From NCBI GenBank assembly GCA_003344405.1, contig NOWV01000024.1, positions 372,001 to 436,000 of the forward strand: DNA of 64,000 bases, written 5' to 3'. The DNA is from Trichoplax sp. H2. Lineage: Eukaryota. A model generated the notes under the pieces. The model was not told the DNA's origin, ran no database searches, and saw only the letters and a list, made by a program, of their open reading frames with translations. The stretch's first letter is position 1. Each line of letters starts with the position of its first letter. Shown in pieces: positions 39,501 through 54,100 of the stretch. A program made the position numbers and the translations under genes.

Positions 39501-42500
39501 TGTCATGATTGCGGGCCTTATTGACTGTAGTGGCCGCACTTCGTGCTAAAACTGCACTTTTTCCAGCTCCTGCAACGCCAACTAAAACTAAAGGTACACC
39601 GGAACCTTTGGAGCAGATATAATCTTGGATCTAAAGATTCCAAAGATTCATCAATAATTATAGAGATTGGCTAGATTAGTAATAAATCTTGCTAACTATC
39701 GCGACTAAATTAGTGTAATTCCAAATTTAATATTTTACGAAATTTCGAACCTGATCTAAAATATCATCTCGACCCAATACGGTAGATGATCGCGTATTCA
39801 AGAATACCTAGGAATAAAAAGTTAATATTTGGTCATGAAGGAATGTAAACTGATCCAAATTCTTGGGAGAGTAATCAAAAAGGAAGTAAAACGGGATACA
39901 TCTATATTTTATATAGTATATAGGCTACGAAGGCAGAAGAAAGACGATTACCACTCTATGCGCTAGAAATTCGCAAAAAAAAGATCCGTAACTACTAGAT
40001 GATCATTTTGTCTATTGTAATATTTGGCGAATGTATCAGATCGAAGAATTTATCCGTTGATTTTCTATGAAGGATTTTCAACATATTTATACTCATATGC
40101 TGCATACAGATTCATTTACCTCATGTGCTTCACGTATAACCTCCAATTTATCCATCGGAGAATCGTCTAAAGGATACTGATGACTAATTTGACGTTTAAA
40201 GAATTCAATCACCTGTAAAAGTTCATGCTTGAGAATCTGGTATAACTTAACCTGGCTAACTATTACTTTACCAAGAATGTACCTCATTATCGTAAAATGG
40301 CTGATAATGAACTACGAGATATTTGATGTGTACTAAAATAGTTTAGCTGTTTCGTAACCTTACCGTTTTAACAAAAGTCGATTCTGGTCCTAAACCTTGA
40401 ACTCGAATAGTACCGTTAATTTCATCGATTCCATTAAAAGAGCAGCTATAACTTACCACACGTGAATCCTAAAAATATATCAATAGTGTAAAGCCCATTG
40501 ATGGGGATCTGCAATTTGACTAAATTACGAAACTTAATGACAATTAAATGAAAAGAACTGTAAATTTGGAGATGCTAGCAATTGGATGCTTATATTAAGC
40601 CTCTCAAAAGACAATAAATGGAAGTAACTGTAGATTTAGAGATGCTAGCGGGAAGGTGTTAATGCTAAATGTTAAGCTAGTTCATAGAGGTCAATATAAT
40701 TAATTAATTTATGATCATTTTGAGCACTTTATTACGTGACTGATGCAAAGTTCTATCATCGTGTTCATTATTGAACAGCAATTATGACAGAAATAAATCG
40801 AAGCAACTAAAGCAGAACCATTTTAAAAGATATAAATGATCTATTTACTGTATATTGATTTATTAACCTAATACTTTGTCAGATAAATGATAGATATTTG
40901 GCTCTATGCTGGTACAGAATAGTCATTATAGTTTCTTGAACAACGTCGAAGCTTTAGAAATAGGATGGATGAGAAAAATTTGGAAAAGTTATAAGTATTT
41001 ACAGCAATATCTGTGAAGGCTAAACCATGGACTACTAGAAGAACACCTTTAAATCTTCTTCAGGTCTTCTTCTAGTGGTCCATGGTTAAACTAAGAATAT
41101 ATGCTACACAATATGTAATAGAGGCGAGCAAGAGCTAGCTAGAAGTGGAGAAATACGCAAATGCTTGCACCGCGCGAATTAATTACTTAGGAAAAGAATG
41201 AACGAACTTGCCATTAAAACAAATCGCCCAAGCCTTGGAGCAGGTAAGAAGCATTAATAAAATGTATGCTCGAAGGTATCCATGCAGAATAGTGCCATGT
41301 TGTACGGTATTCAAAATATTAGGGATGCGAGGATGTGGGGAAAGTGGGGTTGTTACAATGTAAGGATAAAGTATAAAAAATATGAAGTATACCAGCAGAA
41401 ACTCGGCTAAGAATAGATTGTATGTATTTCGCAAGTTTTACGCTCAAATTTTTACACCCATACATCGATGTTGCAAATTTTCTTGTACTAGCTTACCACA
41501 TATGAACTTATGACATTATAATGACTTAACTCACCGGAAATCTCCCTTTGATACATGTCTTTAGGAGCTTCATCTTTTGCAATGCTTCTTCAGATGATTC
41601 GGTAAAATCATTTTTAAAATTGTTCGGTATAGATGTTATGAATTCTGGATCACGAATAAGAAATAATGCTAGAAATATTGAAAGTAGCAATCGTAAATAA
41701 GAACCAACGTAAAGGGATAATGCACTAAAACGAAATGAGCTAGATACTGGCTAGAAAGTCTTATTACAGTTAGGATTAGCTTTACGAAATGCTCCATGAA
41801 TAATTTCCATTTCAGTTATAGAAGTTCCAAAAATCCATCCATACTCTTGAGCTAAATTTTGAGGTACATCGGATTGTTCAGGAATCCAACCTGAACGGTG
41901 GCTGATCAATATTTACAATAATTGATGTTTAAGGTAGAGGACGGTATAAACTATTATTACGGTACGCCCATAAATCAAAATTTTTAACATTTAAACTAAA
42001 AAAAATTTCATCATATTGCACCTGGACAGATTTAAAAAGAAAGGCCATTGATTATCTTCGTAGCATCGATCTATTTCTCCAAGGCAGATCCTTAACGTTT
42101 CTTCTGATGTAGCTTCCTTCGGCACTCCCTAGATAAATTTTAAGGAGAGAATACACGTTCCTTTGAGCTAATACCTTAAAGTCACAATGGATATTCAACC
42201 AATGGTAGACAAAATTAATCAAAAATGATAATAACGACTTGTATGAAAGGGATAATATACTGAAGAGATTTATACTAAAATATAGCAAATTTGTAGTATA
42301 ATATCGCTTAAAGATTGTATGTCAATATTATTGGGGAAAAGATACCTGTAATGTAACTAGTATTGTGATTGTAGACTGTTAGCCATGTTTAGTATAATGT
42401 ACGGTAGATATTTATCCTAAAAGATATTTGGTAGCTATAACTATAGACTGTAGTGGTAGAGACTCTATGCTAGAGTACAGATCACTATATACAGTAAGGT

Positions 42501-44039
42501 GTTGAGTTACTAATAAGGCTATAGGTAAAAATAGAACTTTAAATCATATATTAGGATATGGTTAATTCATTGTACTTTGGCTGGTGTGAATAATGTCTAC
42601 ATAAGTACTGTAGTCGTATCGATATTGGATTAATGACGGTCCGCAGTAGAATAATCTGACTAAGAATAATTTAATTATGTGTAATATAAGGTAAAAGGTT
42701 GCCATGCGGATTGTAGCTGCAAATGCTACGAAAAGTATAAAAGCATGCAACTTTAGATTATTCTGTTAGTTCGTTGTAGAAGTCTTTAGTAGTAGTATGC
42801 GGCTAGAGTAGAGCTGTGTGTAGTTAATCTTTGTATAAGATTCAATAAAGCCCTTATTTTTCTATAATATGGAATCTCGTGATTGATATATATCACAATA
42901 CCATAGAGCATAGACAAGAACTGAGTAAATTTCAGGAACAATACCAAGAAGTGATTAAGGATATAATACTTTTCATGATGAGTAGAATAAAATGTTCACT
43001 AGAATTTAATTAAATTCGTGCCTAATACCAATACATGGCAAATTATACAAGTGCCCTGTAGTCTACTTGAAAGATAGGATAATACATCCATATGTACGCG
43101 ATATCATGAATTCTGAGCATTAAACAAGTAAAGGATTCATTGCCGCCAATGTATATTAATAAATACAAGCAACGGTAGCTAGAACTAGAGAAAACGTACA
43201 GTTCCTACCCTTATATCAAGTTTTATATTTTACTTACCCAGCGTAAATCACATTCAATGAGATGCAGCTTTAATTTTTCACACCATAACCTCAGTTCTGG
43301 AAACACCTAAGACGAAAGTTTAAAGTTGTGTAAGTTATAGTAATAAAAATCAATTATAATTTTCACCGTGCTCAAATTTTATCCTTAAAATTGAGATATT
43401 CAATATATACATAAGTAGTCCATTTATTATCCTTTGCTTTAGCTGAACAAACACTAAATCTAAACATTATTGAATAGCTTTGTTAGCATTGACAAGGCAT
43501 TATACCTGCTTAACTAAAACTTCACGTTCTGCATGGAAATCTTTAAATGTTGAGGACACAAATAAACGAATAGTTTTCCAACCACGTCTTTTGAAAGCTG
43601 GTTTAATGTCTTCTTGATATTTAATCGATGTTGCTCGAACAGCATTCCAACATTCCATTGGAGTCGATGGCTGTAGTTCACAGACTTGTTGCAATGACAT
43701 TTCTGGTACTTGTGGTAATTCTGACCATAAGATTGTAAAGGTTTCAATAGTTCCTGATGTTTTTGTCACATTTGTAATTTTACGTAAATTTGTAGTTATA
43801 GAGTGCTTATTTTTGTCTGCACTACTCCTACTATCATTATCCTTAGTGCTAGATTTCATTGCTTTAGTATTCGAGCCTTGGATTGCATCTCTCGTTGAAT
43901 GATCAGATTCATTTGTCAAAACATTTGTACGTTGGATTTGCGGATTTGATGAATGATTATTTGCAGAAGCGGACGGATGAGTAAGTGGTCGATTGGCTTC
44001 GTTGACAACTTGTAGTTGCTTTCCTGATGCACAACCCAT
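33590..44039 (-). CDS. Paralog D: same 24-exon DUF4062-STAND-TPR gene, closest to C
   Basis: ATG of MGCASGK at 44039 (the longer ORF-track start is non-ATG); exon 1 43506-44039; Walker A GVAGAGKS near 39556-39580; last exon ILGPTHPSTLRVKSVLDEPEFLAMAENP* ends at 33590. Confidence 0.88.
35182..35222. mobile_element. Palindromic MITE-like element, same family as 41023
   Basis: ATGGACCACTAGAAATTT ... AAATTTCTAGTGGTCCGTG. Confidence 0.55.
37745..38775. repeat. Tandem repeat, unit about 90-95 bp, about 9 copies, derived from the exon 12 3' end and splice donor of paralog D
   Basis: Recurrent aaggacttan-cttt-gctatttaaatctaat motif near 37791, 37885, 37981, 38060, 38180, 38276, 38471, 38561, 38653, ending in the real junction near 38744-38775. 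Confidence 0.85.
41023..41087. mobile_element. Short palindromic MITE-like element
   Basis: AACCATGGACTACTAGAAGAA ... TTCTTCTAGTGGTCCATGGTT inverted repeat; related copies at 35182 and 29838. Confidence 0.6.
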
Positions 44040-45517
44040 AATGGCAGTATATAGTACGCTAGTAATTGAATTTTTGTCGAACAATTTCACAGTTTACCAA
44101 TTGCTAGCATGAATGGCGATAAACTCTAGCTGAAAAAGTGATAGAAATTAAGTAATAAGAACGATAGTGTTGGAAATGAGTAGCTGGACTATAATATACG
44201 GTACGCGTATTGAGTGTAGATTATAAGATTACTTTAAATATGCGAAATCATGAACTTCTTGTGCTTTCGAAAGTACATATTATGAACCTGTAATTATTAA
44301 AATATACTGGTATATGTTATATATTTATTTTATTTTACCAGTAATAGTTTATACTTCAAAGACACGTAAATTAAACTACTGTTTAGTACAATATCTTTCC
44401 ATTGGTGAATTTTAAACTAAGTAGCCAGCCAGTAAGAAATAATAAAGAAATAGTTGGGGTATTGAATGGTTAAATTGTGTGCGATAACACCTTCAAAATT
44501 AGTAATTTATCATTTCTAACAAGGAAGCACTTACCTGTGATATAATTAGATTGTAATGTACGTATTAAATCATGCATGTTAGAGGACCTATCCATTAAGG
44601 TAATCAAGTCTTAGATTTAGATGAACTTGTCTGGTTTATCTATTAGCAGTGCTCTGGAATATATCCTCGGCAAAATTCAATACCAAATATAGTTATTATT
44701 AGACTATTGGCTAAAAGAGAGCTTGATCAGTTTTGACTTCTTATTTAGCAGCAAAAAATTCCGACTAGAACAAACGTAATATATTACTTGTATCTTCTAG
44801 GAATTGCTGAAGAAAAGTAAGAACATAATCCCTGTGTCACAATTAGAATAACTGCATCAATTCTCACAAAATTTAACTGGGTATCATCGTGTTAAGAACA
44901 CACTTTAATACAAACATCTAGCTTGTACTTTTAGCAAGTCTGTCAATTTTCATTATTAAATTAATTGGAGTATATTTTATTCTAGGATTGATGAAGAATC
45001 TACTAGCTAAACAAAGAGCTTGATAAATTTTTTCTATCTAATTTTATAATAAAAAATTCAACTAAAGCGAACCTAACATCTTACTTGAGACTTAAAAAAG
45101 TGCTAAAAAATGAGAGAGTAGTTCCGGTATCATGATTGGAATAACTACTTGACTTTGAATGAAATTTAACTGGAATGAATACTTTAATAACGTCTTATAA
45201 TACTAATATCTAGTTAGTACTTTATCAATTCTATTGGAATGTAAACTTTAAGTAAATATAGTATTTTTCATTCGATGGTTGGAGAGAAAGTTATAAAGAG
45301 AGATAAAGTAGTACAAACTATCTGTAAATCTTCTTGCCAAATTAATACACACTTTCTGATGAAATCTTCTTTAATTATTTTATTTTGAAGCTGATTAATA
45401 TGTTGTTATGACTACTCCATAAATCTCTGAGGCATTAACTTGAGATTTGCTGCTCACCAGTAATAGTTTCATACTGAATCCATTAGTCTCTACCATTATC
45501 CGAATATTGGGTAAGAT

Positions 45518-45595
45518 GAATTAGACTGGCGAATTAGACTGGCGAATTAGACTGCCGAACTAGACTGCCGAATTAGACTGCCGAATTAGACGACC
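45518..45595. repeat. Minisatellite (GAATTAGACTGGC/GCC) x6
   Basis: 13-bp unit read directly from the sequence. Confidence 0.95.
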
Positions 45596-48168
45596 GATAT
45601 CGGTTGTCTACACGTCTACTTACATACCCGTAAGTATCTATAAAGTAGTTCTCTACTAAATAGCATTAGTGTCAGTTATGCTTTAATACTGTAGTGGATA
45701 TGAAACATCTTTACGAGGGACATGGTGAACGTCTACTTTGTCCACTACATATTCGAATATTTAACAATCCAAAATGAAAACATTCTAACGAAAATGATCA
45801 TTTCATCTACACATTTTAATCATACCTATGTGTACCTTGAAAAATAAAAATTTTTCTATTACGGTTTGCTGGCAAAATTGGCCTTAATGCTTTTCGAGAA
45901 TTTAATTTTTCCAATTTCTTGCCAATTGCTATTTCAAGTAGCTATCAGTATTTAACTATAAGGATTAAAATAAGAATAGATGCTACTAATTATCGATCTC
46001 GGTTCTGTTTCATTTACTCTCTCAAGTAAAATGTGATTTAATATATTCGTGATCTTTAGGAAGAACCACCTCCGTTACCATGGGGACATATAGTCGTCAT
46101 AAAGTGTATCAATGAATATACTTGCATTGTAACTGGCTCATTTACGGAACGTTTAATGGGTGGACAATTCTATTACAGAAAGTTAGCTAAAAGTTTATAC
46201 TGATGTTTTGCCGGTGGCATTTTAAATTGCATATGTTTCAGTTATTGCTATGATAAAGAAAAATTCAATTACAAAAGTACACATTAAATGATATGCACCA
46301 AGATGGGCAAACTATCGGGTAAGCATTAAGTATTTTATTCCTAATTATACTATAAATAATACTTTTGACTTGAGTAATAGCTGGTATAATTAAAGATAAA
46401 TAAAATTATCTTTAAAAATCGGATGTTAATGTACGCACAACAATTACTGTAAGATCTTACTCATACCATATAACAAATAGAAAATATTCTTATCAACTAT
46501 GCCGGTATTGTGCTAATTCCAAAAAGATCGGTGAATAAAATGATCGCATTTTGATGTTTCATTATTCCGCTATCTTCCTCACATAATATTTCATGTTTTG
46601 TATCTCAGGAATAATTTATTTTTAAGTTTACGAGCTGTAAGCTTAATATCGGTAGTATTATTTTTGCATCACTTTCAGCTCCAGAGCGGAGTTAAATAAT
46701 AATGCTATCCGAAAGTTTATAAATAAGACGAAATGTTTCTTGGCATCTTTATCTACACCTTTGAGTGAATTTATGCTTACTGAATGGTTGCCTGTATTAG
46801 CATTATAATTAAAAATAGAATTAAGCAACGGTATCCTGCTATCAATGTTATACGAAGTTCTATCTAGATTATGAGATTATATACGATTGTCATCAAGGAA
46901 AATCTTAAACTTTGAGTCTTGTTTTTCTTTTAACATTGTAAGCTAGCTTATATTAAATATACATGTGAAGCGTAATAATAGAAGCAGAGATTAATTTATA
47001 AGATACCCTAAAGATAGATTTCTATTCTTAGTTAAGTCTGTCATTGTTTAAGAATTGATCATGATTGGAGGAGTAAACAAGTTTTTATTCATTTATCAGC
47101 TAAGAAATCCAATTACGACTATCATACAATACAGCAATTACTACATGTTCAAAGTTAGTCTTAAACTGTACTATGGCTATAAGGATATCATTATTGATTT
47201 ATTAGTTGCTACAAGTGATTACTTTTATCTCTTATTCGCATATAATAATGCTCATTTGTTCATCCTGTAGTATTGAATTTCCGCACATTTCGTTTCTTGA
47301 TGACTAACTCTCAGAGTGTATAGAACAATTTATTTTATTTATTCATTGTATTACAGTAGGATGGCTACTATACGAGTATGTATACTTACTATAATTTTTC
47401 GGTATAATCGATAAATTGATCACATTGATTGCTAGGACTAAGTAAAGTAATGAAAGGGGTATTCTTACTAATGATAATTTCCCCTGTCGACTTTGGAACA
47501 CAGAATTGTAATCAAAACTTAAAATCCCAACAAAACTATAAATAACATTAGTCAGCTTGTCCGTTGTTTAAATATTTGGTTTAATTTTATTTATATTACT
47601 GTAGTGAAAAGTTATCATGGTTATATTGATCCTATCAATTAGTTATTAATTAAATATCTATATATGCATGCATTTTATAATAAATGAAATGCAAACTTAT
47701 CAGAGTATCTATACAAGTTCTGTCAATAATTAAGATAGGCGTCGACAGCTTGTAGTTTGCGGTTGGAAAATACAGTGATAAAATAATGGCTATAAAATGC
47801 GTAATACACCACACGAATTGCATGATGGATAGTAGCCGCTTAGGACGTATAAAGATTTTAAGTTAACTTTACACAAGTGACATAACACTTCTATTTTAAA
47901 ATAGATTACATTATTGTTAGTATAATGAATATCTTAGAGAATAAGTCGCTAAAGTTGTATTCCTCCAGCACGTAAACTTATCAATATATTGTCGTAAGAT
48001 TTACCTTAAACGTGTCACGTACTGATTACAGAGACAAATGGATTACAGTGCTTCATAAATTTGCTATAATTATAATTAGTTCATGCTAAAGGAGATCAGT
48101 GAGCAATAAATGGTAGAAGTATGCATTGAGGATATCTGTGTCAAGATAAATAAAGTGCTCAACAGAAT

Positions 48169-51100
48169 CTAGTCGTTTTCGCTATCCCTTTCCAAGCTTT
48201 CGGCAATAATTCGAAACCCGGGCTCATCAAGAACAGCTTTGGTTCGCAATGTAGATGGATGCGTTGGCCCAAGAATCTATAAAAGCAAAGGACGATTGTT
48301 ACTATGCAAGTGATTATTCTGAAATCATAAAGCAGCTATCATGAGAAGAATTTGTAAGAAAATAATATAGCAGTTGCCACTACACCTATAAAAAATATGC
48401 CTTATCAACATACTTCACATTTTATCTTGTATGCTCTCAGATAGTAATGATACGACTCATGCTTATTTTTGTATTCAATGACAATTCCCATATTAAACAC
48501 AATTCGTGAAGTTAATCTATGATTTTCACCATAGGCTTGGACACATAAATCAAGGGCTTTATGGTATTGCTAATATATAAAGAAATAAGATTGGTTAAAT
48601 CTTGTCAAAGTTCGGTACAAACAAGCAAACATTGGATCAAATCACATATTTTAAGTTATATTTTGACAAAGTATGACAACAAAGAGTACACAGATCAGTT
48701 GACAACTAACATCAAAATTAACTACCGAAATAAGAAAATTTTAGTAAACTTACGACCTAGCCAATATTACCTGCATTTGCTCACTACTTCCTTCTTTCTT
48801 GACAAAGGTAGCAACATTTTGATAAGCTTCCGCTAAATGGCCAACGTCTCCCAACTATTGTTACGGTTTGAACTTTAGATACATGCGTTCTAATAATCTA
48901 CAATTTTTAAAGTATTCTTTTGCTATTTTAGATAGATTGAGTTTACGAACCTCCTGAAATATTTGTATCGCATTATTGCAATGTACTTCACATTTCGTAA
49001 TTCCTTCTGCCGGGGTTAGATCTTTATATGCAAAATTTGATTGACTAAATGCGCCATAATGAAACGATACAAGTAGTTCCAATAAGCCCAAATGATACTG
49101 TATTGCAAAGAGAAATAAAGGCAAGAACATAAGCATAAAAAGTGGAATAGATCTGTTACAATATGCTAGAGGTATGCAATTAGATATCTTAAGTCCTGTT
49201 CTATTTTAAATTATTACTAATTAATTTCACTTATTTTTACCCATAAAAGCTGTATCAATAACCTTATTATCATCACCGCTGAGATTTTTGCGATAAGAAA
49301 TTGCCTTTAAACCAGTTTGCACTACTTCATAGTGATCTTTGGCTCCTTGAACCGTTATAAATTCTCGTAATTTACTATCCTATAAACGTAGTAATGTTAA
49401 TAAGCAAGTTTTGATTGTGAGAGGGTCAAAAGGGTATTTAATTAAGGCTTAATCGGCAAATTGTTCGTTTAAATACCTATATTGCGAAATGAACGAATCA
49501 TACCTCACTTAAAGTATCGGTCAGTAATTCGAATTGATTGGCAAGCTTTTCTTTCCTGCCACCAAGAGTATTTTGTTCCATATCAATTGCCTCATTAACT
49601 AATCTTTGACATTCGCTATGCTGTCCAGCATGACACCTACATTTACATTTAAATTTATCAACTATCCATGCCATTAAGAACTACATAATTAACATGAAAT
49701 TTAATCTTTAGCCTTACAAGAAGCGCGCCACTCGCCATTTTTTGTCAGCAATTTCGTCATCTGTAGCTGTTGCAGCTAGTTGCTCTAGCGATTGAGAGTA
49801 AAGTGTTGCCGCAGTTACATATCCTCCAGCCTAATTAGAAATAATATTTTTTTGTTATTAATTGTTCGGTCTCTCCATTATTTATTGTTTCATTAAAACT
49901 AAAACATAAGGCATCAAACCGAGCGCCATGATCGTAACAGTTCAATGTTGTATTCATCGGCAGATAATTTCTCGAATATGGGCCATTCTAGCAAACAACG
50001 AGCTAGACGACTATGATCCAGCAACTTCTCCAAGTGATAAGGTAATTCCTGTTGATAATCACTCATTTTATTAGCATAACAATAGGATAGAGATAAAAAA
50101 TTTGAATAACAAGTGCTAGGAACAAATTCTTTTGTAACTATCAAACTTGATAAAGTTTTGATAAGACCATAACTAGCAATCCCAATTACAAATCATATCA
50201 AATTATCACGCTTCCATTACTACCGCAGAATAATTTCATTCCCTGAATGTACTTACAAAGATTTAAGGTAAGTCATAAAAAGATTACCTCGGCTTTACGA
50301 TCCTGATTTTCGATCTGTTCAAAATATTCTGCTAACTTTCCATGCCAGTAGGTGTATAAATATTGTCGGTAATCTTCAGAACCAACTTTAAAATATCTAA
50401 AATACATAGAAATAGCGCATATAGTATCAGTAATAAGATAGCTGCTAGAACGATTGATATTATATCAATACAGCATTTGCTAAAAGCGATTCTATGAAAT
50501 ACTATAACTATTCCTTCCAACACACAATATAATACTACTGTGCCGCATTTAGATTGAAGTGTGTACTAACTTTCTCCTCACAGCTTTACTCATTGCTCGA
50601 TGATAGAAATCTAGCCTTCCTTCGCCGCTGTCTCCACAGGGTCGAAGAAACGGTTTCAATGATCGAAACACCACAGCCCATTTAGCTGCAGGTAAAGGCT
50701 TTCGCTTTAATTTAGAAGAAGACTCGCTAATGTCTTTATCTTTAGTTGAATAAAGGCAAATTGAAGAATAGCACATAAACCGTACAATTACAACGTCTGC
50801 AATAATTTAAATGAGAAAGAAATTGACATGATCTGCATCAACGTACTGTTTTTGTTATCACTCTCATTTGCTTTTTCCTCAAAGTCGGTTTTACGGTATG
50901 TTTCTTCTACCGTAACATGCAGCTGTTTCGATAAATCGTTTGCTAAGCTGGTATCAGTATTGGTACTTTCTTTATTCGTACTAATTTTACGGCTTTTCTC
51001 AAACTGTTCTTCCGTATCTGGCTTCAGCGTCTCATCTTCTCCTAACAATTCTAGTAGCTCTCTCTCGAGCAATCCATGACGCGAGCATTCAAGATAGCAT

Positions 51101-54100
51101 AATGTAGCTACCATTAAATGACCACCACTTTCTTCTTCGAATCGAGTCAGCACTTGTTCTAGTAGCCTACAAATTATCATCATCCTTTCTATATTATTAC
51201 ACATATTATAAGAAGCAAGTAATCTTTAGGCGATCTTACATATAGGAAGTTAATATTAAACACTAGTTTTAGCGCTAACTCACTCAAGCAAGCCGTCAGC
51301 AAGACCTTTAATCATGTCAGTTACTTTACTAAATAAACCAAATACTCGCAGCTCCTCACAAGCAATGGATAACCATAATGGATTAGCAGATGCTTCTTTG
51401 GCTAACAATGAATCCATTTGTATATTATCTAATCGTTTATTAAATTTAGTTAAAACTTGGTCCACGATTTCCTATGTAATTTAGAACGATAGTTTCAGTT
51501 TGTTGTGTAGCAATTTCTGCTTACAAAAGAGACTCGCAAAAATTATAATAATCTATTACGATAGACAATAGCTTATGTACCCGTCTGCTATCTAAGTCTA
51601 AAGGGCCACATAATATTTCTTTCGGATGATTAGATCGACTTGCTAAACTTCGATGACATGGAGTATCGTTGATGACAGAGCATATGATTCTAGCATTAGG
51701 AGATATATCGAATGGTAGCCAACTAACTTGTTCAGCTTCCTTTGTCTTATCTAGCTATTAAAGATAAAAGACAGGCAAAATTTTATTTTTAAATCATTTT
51801 AAATGCTGTAAAATTAGTGCTCTTCCCATTTTAACTATAAATTTAGAATATTGCAACATTAGCAGTGTATTGTATACCGTTATGACTAACCTGATTTAAA
51901 GCATCAAAAAATAAAATGGTTGGTTCTAAATTTTTACTACTTAAAACGATATTAGATAGGCGAACTAAGGATTCCATATCGGCTGGAATCTCCCCCTGTG
52001 GTACGTGTAGAAGGAGATTGAGAACAACATTAGCCAGTCAGAATAAAGAAGTGATTTGTTTGTGATGATTCTTAGAATCGTCTCGACATAATTTTTAACA
52101 CAAATTTCAGTTACATTGTTTTGATTTCTTCGTGAACTGTTAATACGCGTTTATATAGAGAAATTTATGATAGAACTGACAAACCTACCACATATTTTAA
52201 CTCTTTTAGCATTCGTTGCAACATGAAACCAAGATCAGTAGATCCAGGAGCCGCACCAATAAAATGATAGAAAACGTTCCAGCCCTTATTACTGCCACTA
52301 AATACGAAAAATAATGTAGAGCCCATTAATAAGCAGTTCGAGATGACGAGATGGCGTTACTAATAATCATATATGCTCAATCTATCATTAATAGATACTA
52401 TAAATTCATTTAGTTTACTGAACAATCTAGCTATAGTTTGATCAAGAGTAAAACGAGAGCAATCCTTTGATCACTAATATCTTACATTATGAAGGAGAGG
52501 TAATCTAAGATTATGAGGCTTCGTCTCATACTGAACAGTTTGAAGCTTCAATGTAGTAAACATAAATCGTTCAAATAGGTTACATCTGATTTTTAAATCT
52601 TACCCAGGAATATCGTAATTAAGCGCTTTATTGACTGTTGTTGCAGCACTTCTAGCAATTACAGCACTTTTGCCAGCTCCAGCCATACCAACGATGACTA
52701 GCGGGATTCCGCGATTCGTAGAGCAAATATAATCTTGGATCTAGCCGATAGTAATAAAGAATTAAGAGTAGGTGACCGGTAAGTTTGTGGAAGGTGACAC
52801 TTATTGTTGACACATGAAATCTTTCAAGCATTTCATTTTGGAGTATTATCAATATCATGCAAGCATTAAGACCACGTCGTTTTTGAACAGTAAGTAATCT
52901 AGCTGTACAGAAGACAAGGATTACTAATTAGTAGTTCTAGTAGAATGCAATTATCTTCTATACCTAGAGTAAAGAATATCACCCATGTGCAATAAAAACA
53001 TGGTTACAAAGCATCAAATCAGTACTTAATCTTACTATCTCTATTACCAGAGATATATCTGTAAATTAAAATTACAAAATGGTATGTTTGTTATGTAAAG
53101 TATTAATGTAATACTCATGGAATTTACTACAAATATCTGAATTATTTATTGCCTTTTTAAGCTTTTATGTCAAATAATAATTATAGAACTGAGTTCTGGC
53201 TAGCTTGTATGTACCTGATCGAGCATTTCATCGCGACCTAACACTGATGATGAGCGAGTATTGAGGAAAGCCTGTAGAATAAAACCATAATGCAAGGATG
53301 ATTACGATCTCACAACATTGTATGAAGAATAAATTTCCCAAAATACGACCGTTAAATTTGTCTATCAATAACTTATAACTAATAACAACGTAATGTCTAT
53401 AGCCATATCCATAAATATTTATAAAATTATTACTAGTAAATTATGTAAGAAAGAACGATCGCCATTTTATCCGTAGGCCGGTATCGAATCTTAAAGATAC
53501 AGAAATGAAGTAGACGAGATGGAAGTCATCGTTGATAAATTCTACTATCGATATCAACTATTACTATTGCTACGGTGAAGAAAGACCTGTATACGAATAT
53601 TGTTAATGACTTAGGATTTTCCATGTAATTTATTATCATCAAATTAGTTTGCGTTGCTGGATAAGATTTTTAATCTAATTCATAGCTATTAAATATTGTA
53701 TGCAGTTACACATATTAATACCTTTCGTGGATTAAATATTTCATTAGTAATATAGTAAATAGATAGATTACTGTCTTATCTAGTAAAGCAAATACATGTC
53801 TATTGTTTAGTAATATGTACTGCAAAAGGCTTATGTTTGATATATTTATTACTATAGAGCAACAGCGATCAGTGTTGTGCAATTAACATGTGCAACCGTA
53901 GGAAAGACTTGCTGCTTTAAACATTATAATCATATTTAATATTAGCACAACTACAGTCGATGCAACAGTAAATGAATGATCAGTCTAGATTAAGTAGCAT
54001 TACACTGGCAGTTACCTCATGAGCTTCACGGATAACTTCTAACTGATCCATAGCAGAATCGTCTAAGGGATATTGATGGCTAATTCTAGCTTTGAAAAAG

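Noticed and set aside
43500..44090. N-terminal extensions in the ORF track for D (and for E up to 59366)
   Set aside because: The conserved MGC start shared by all paralogs marks the likely initiator; the D extension begins at a non-ATG codon.
45518..45595. Short repeats as a CRISPR array
   Set aside because: Contiguous 13-bp units without spacers, in eukaryotic DNA with no cas genes.
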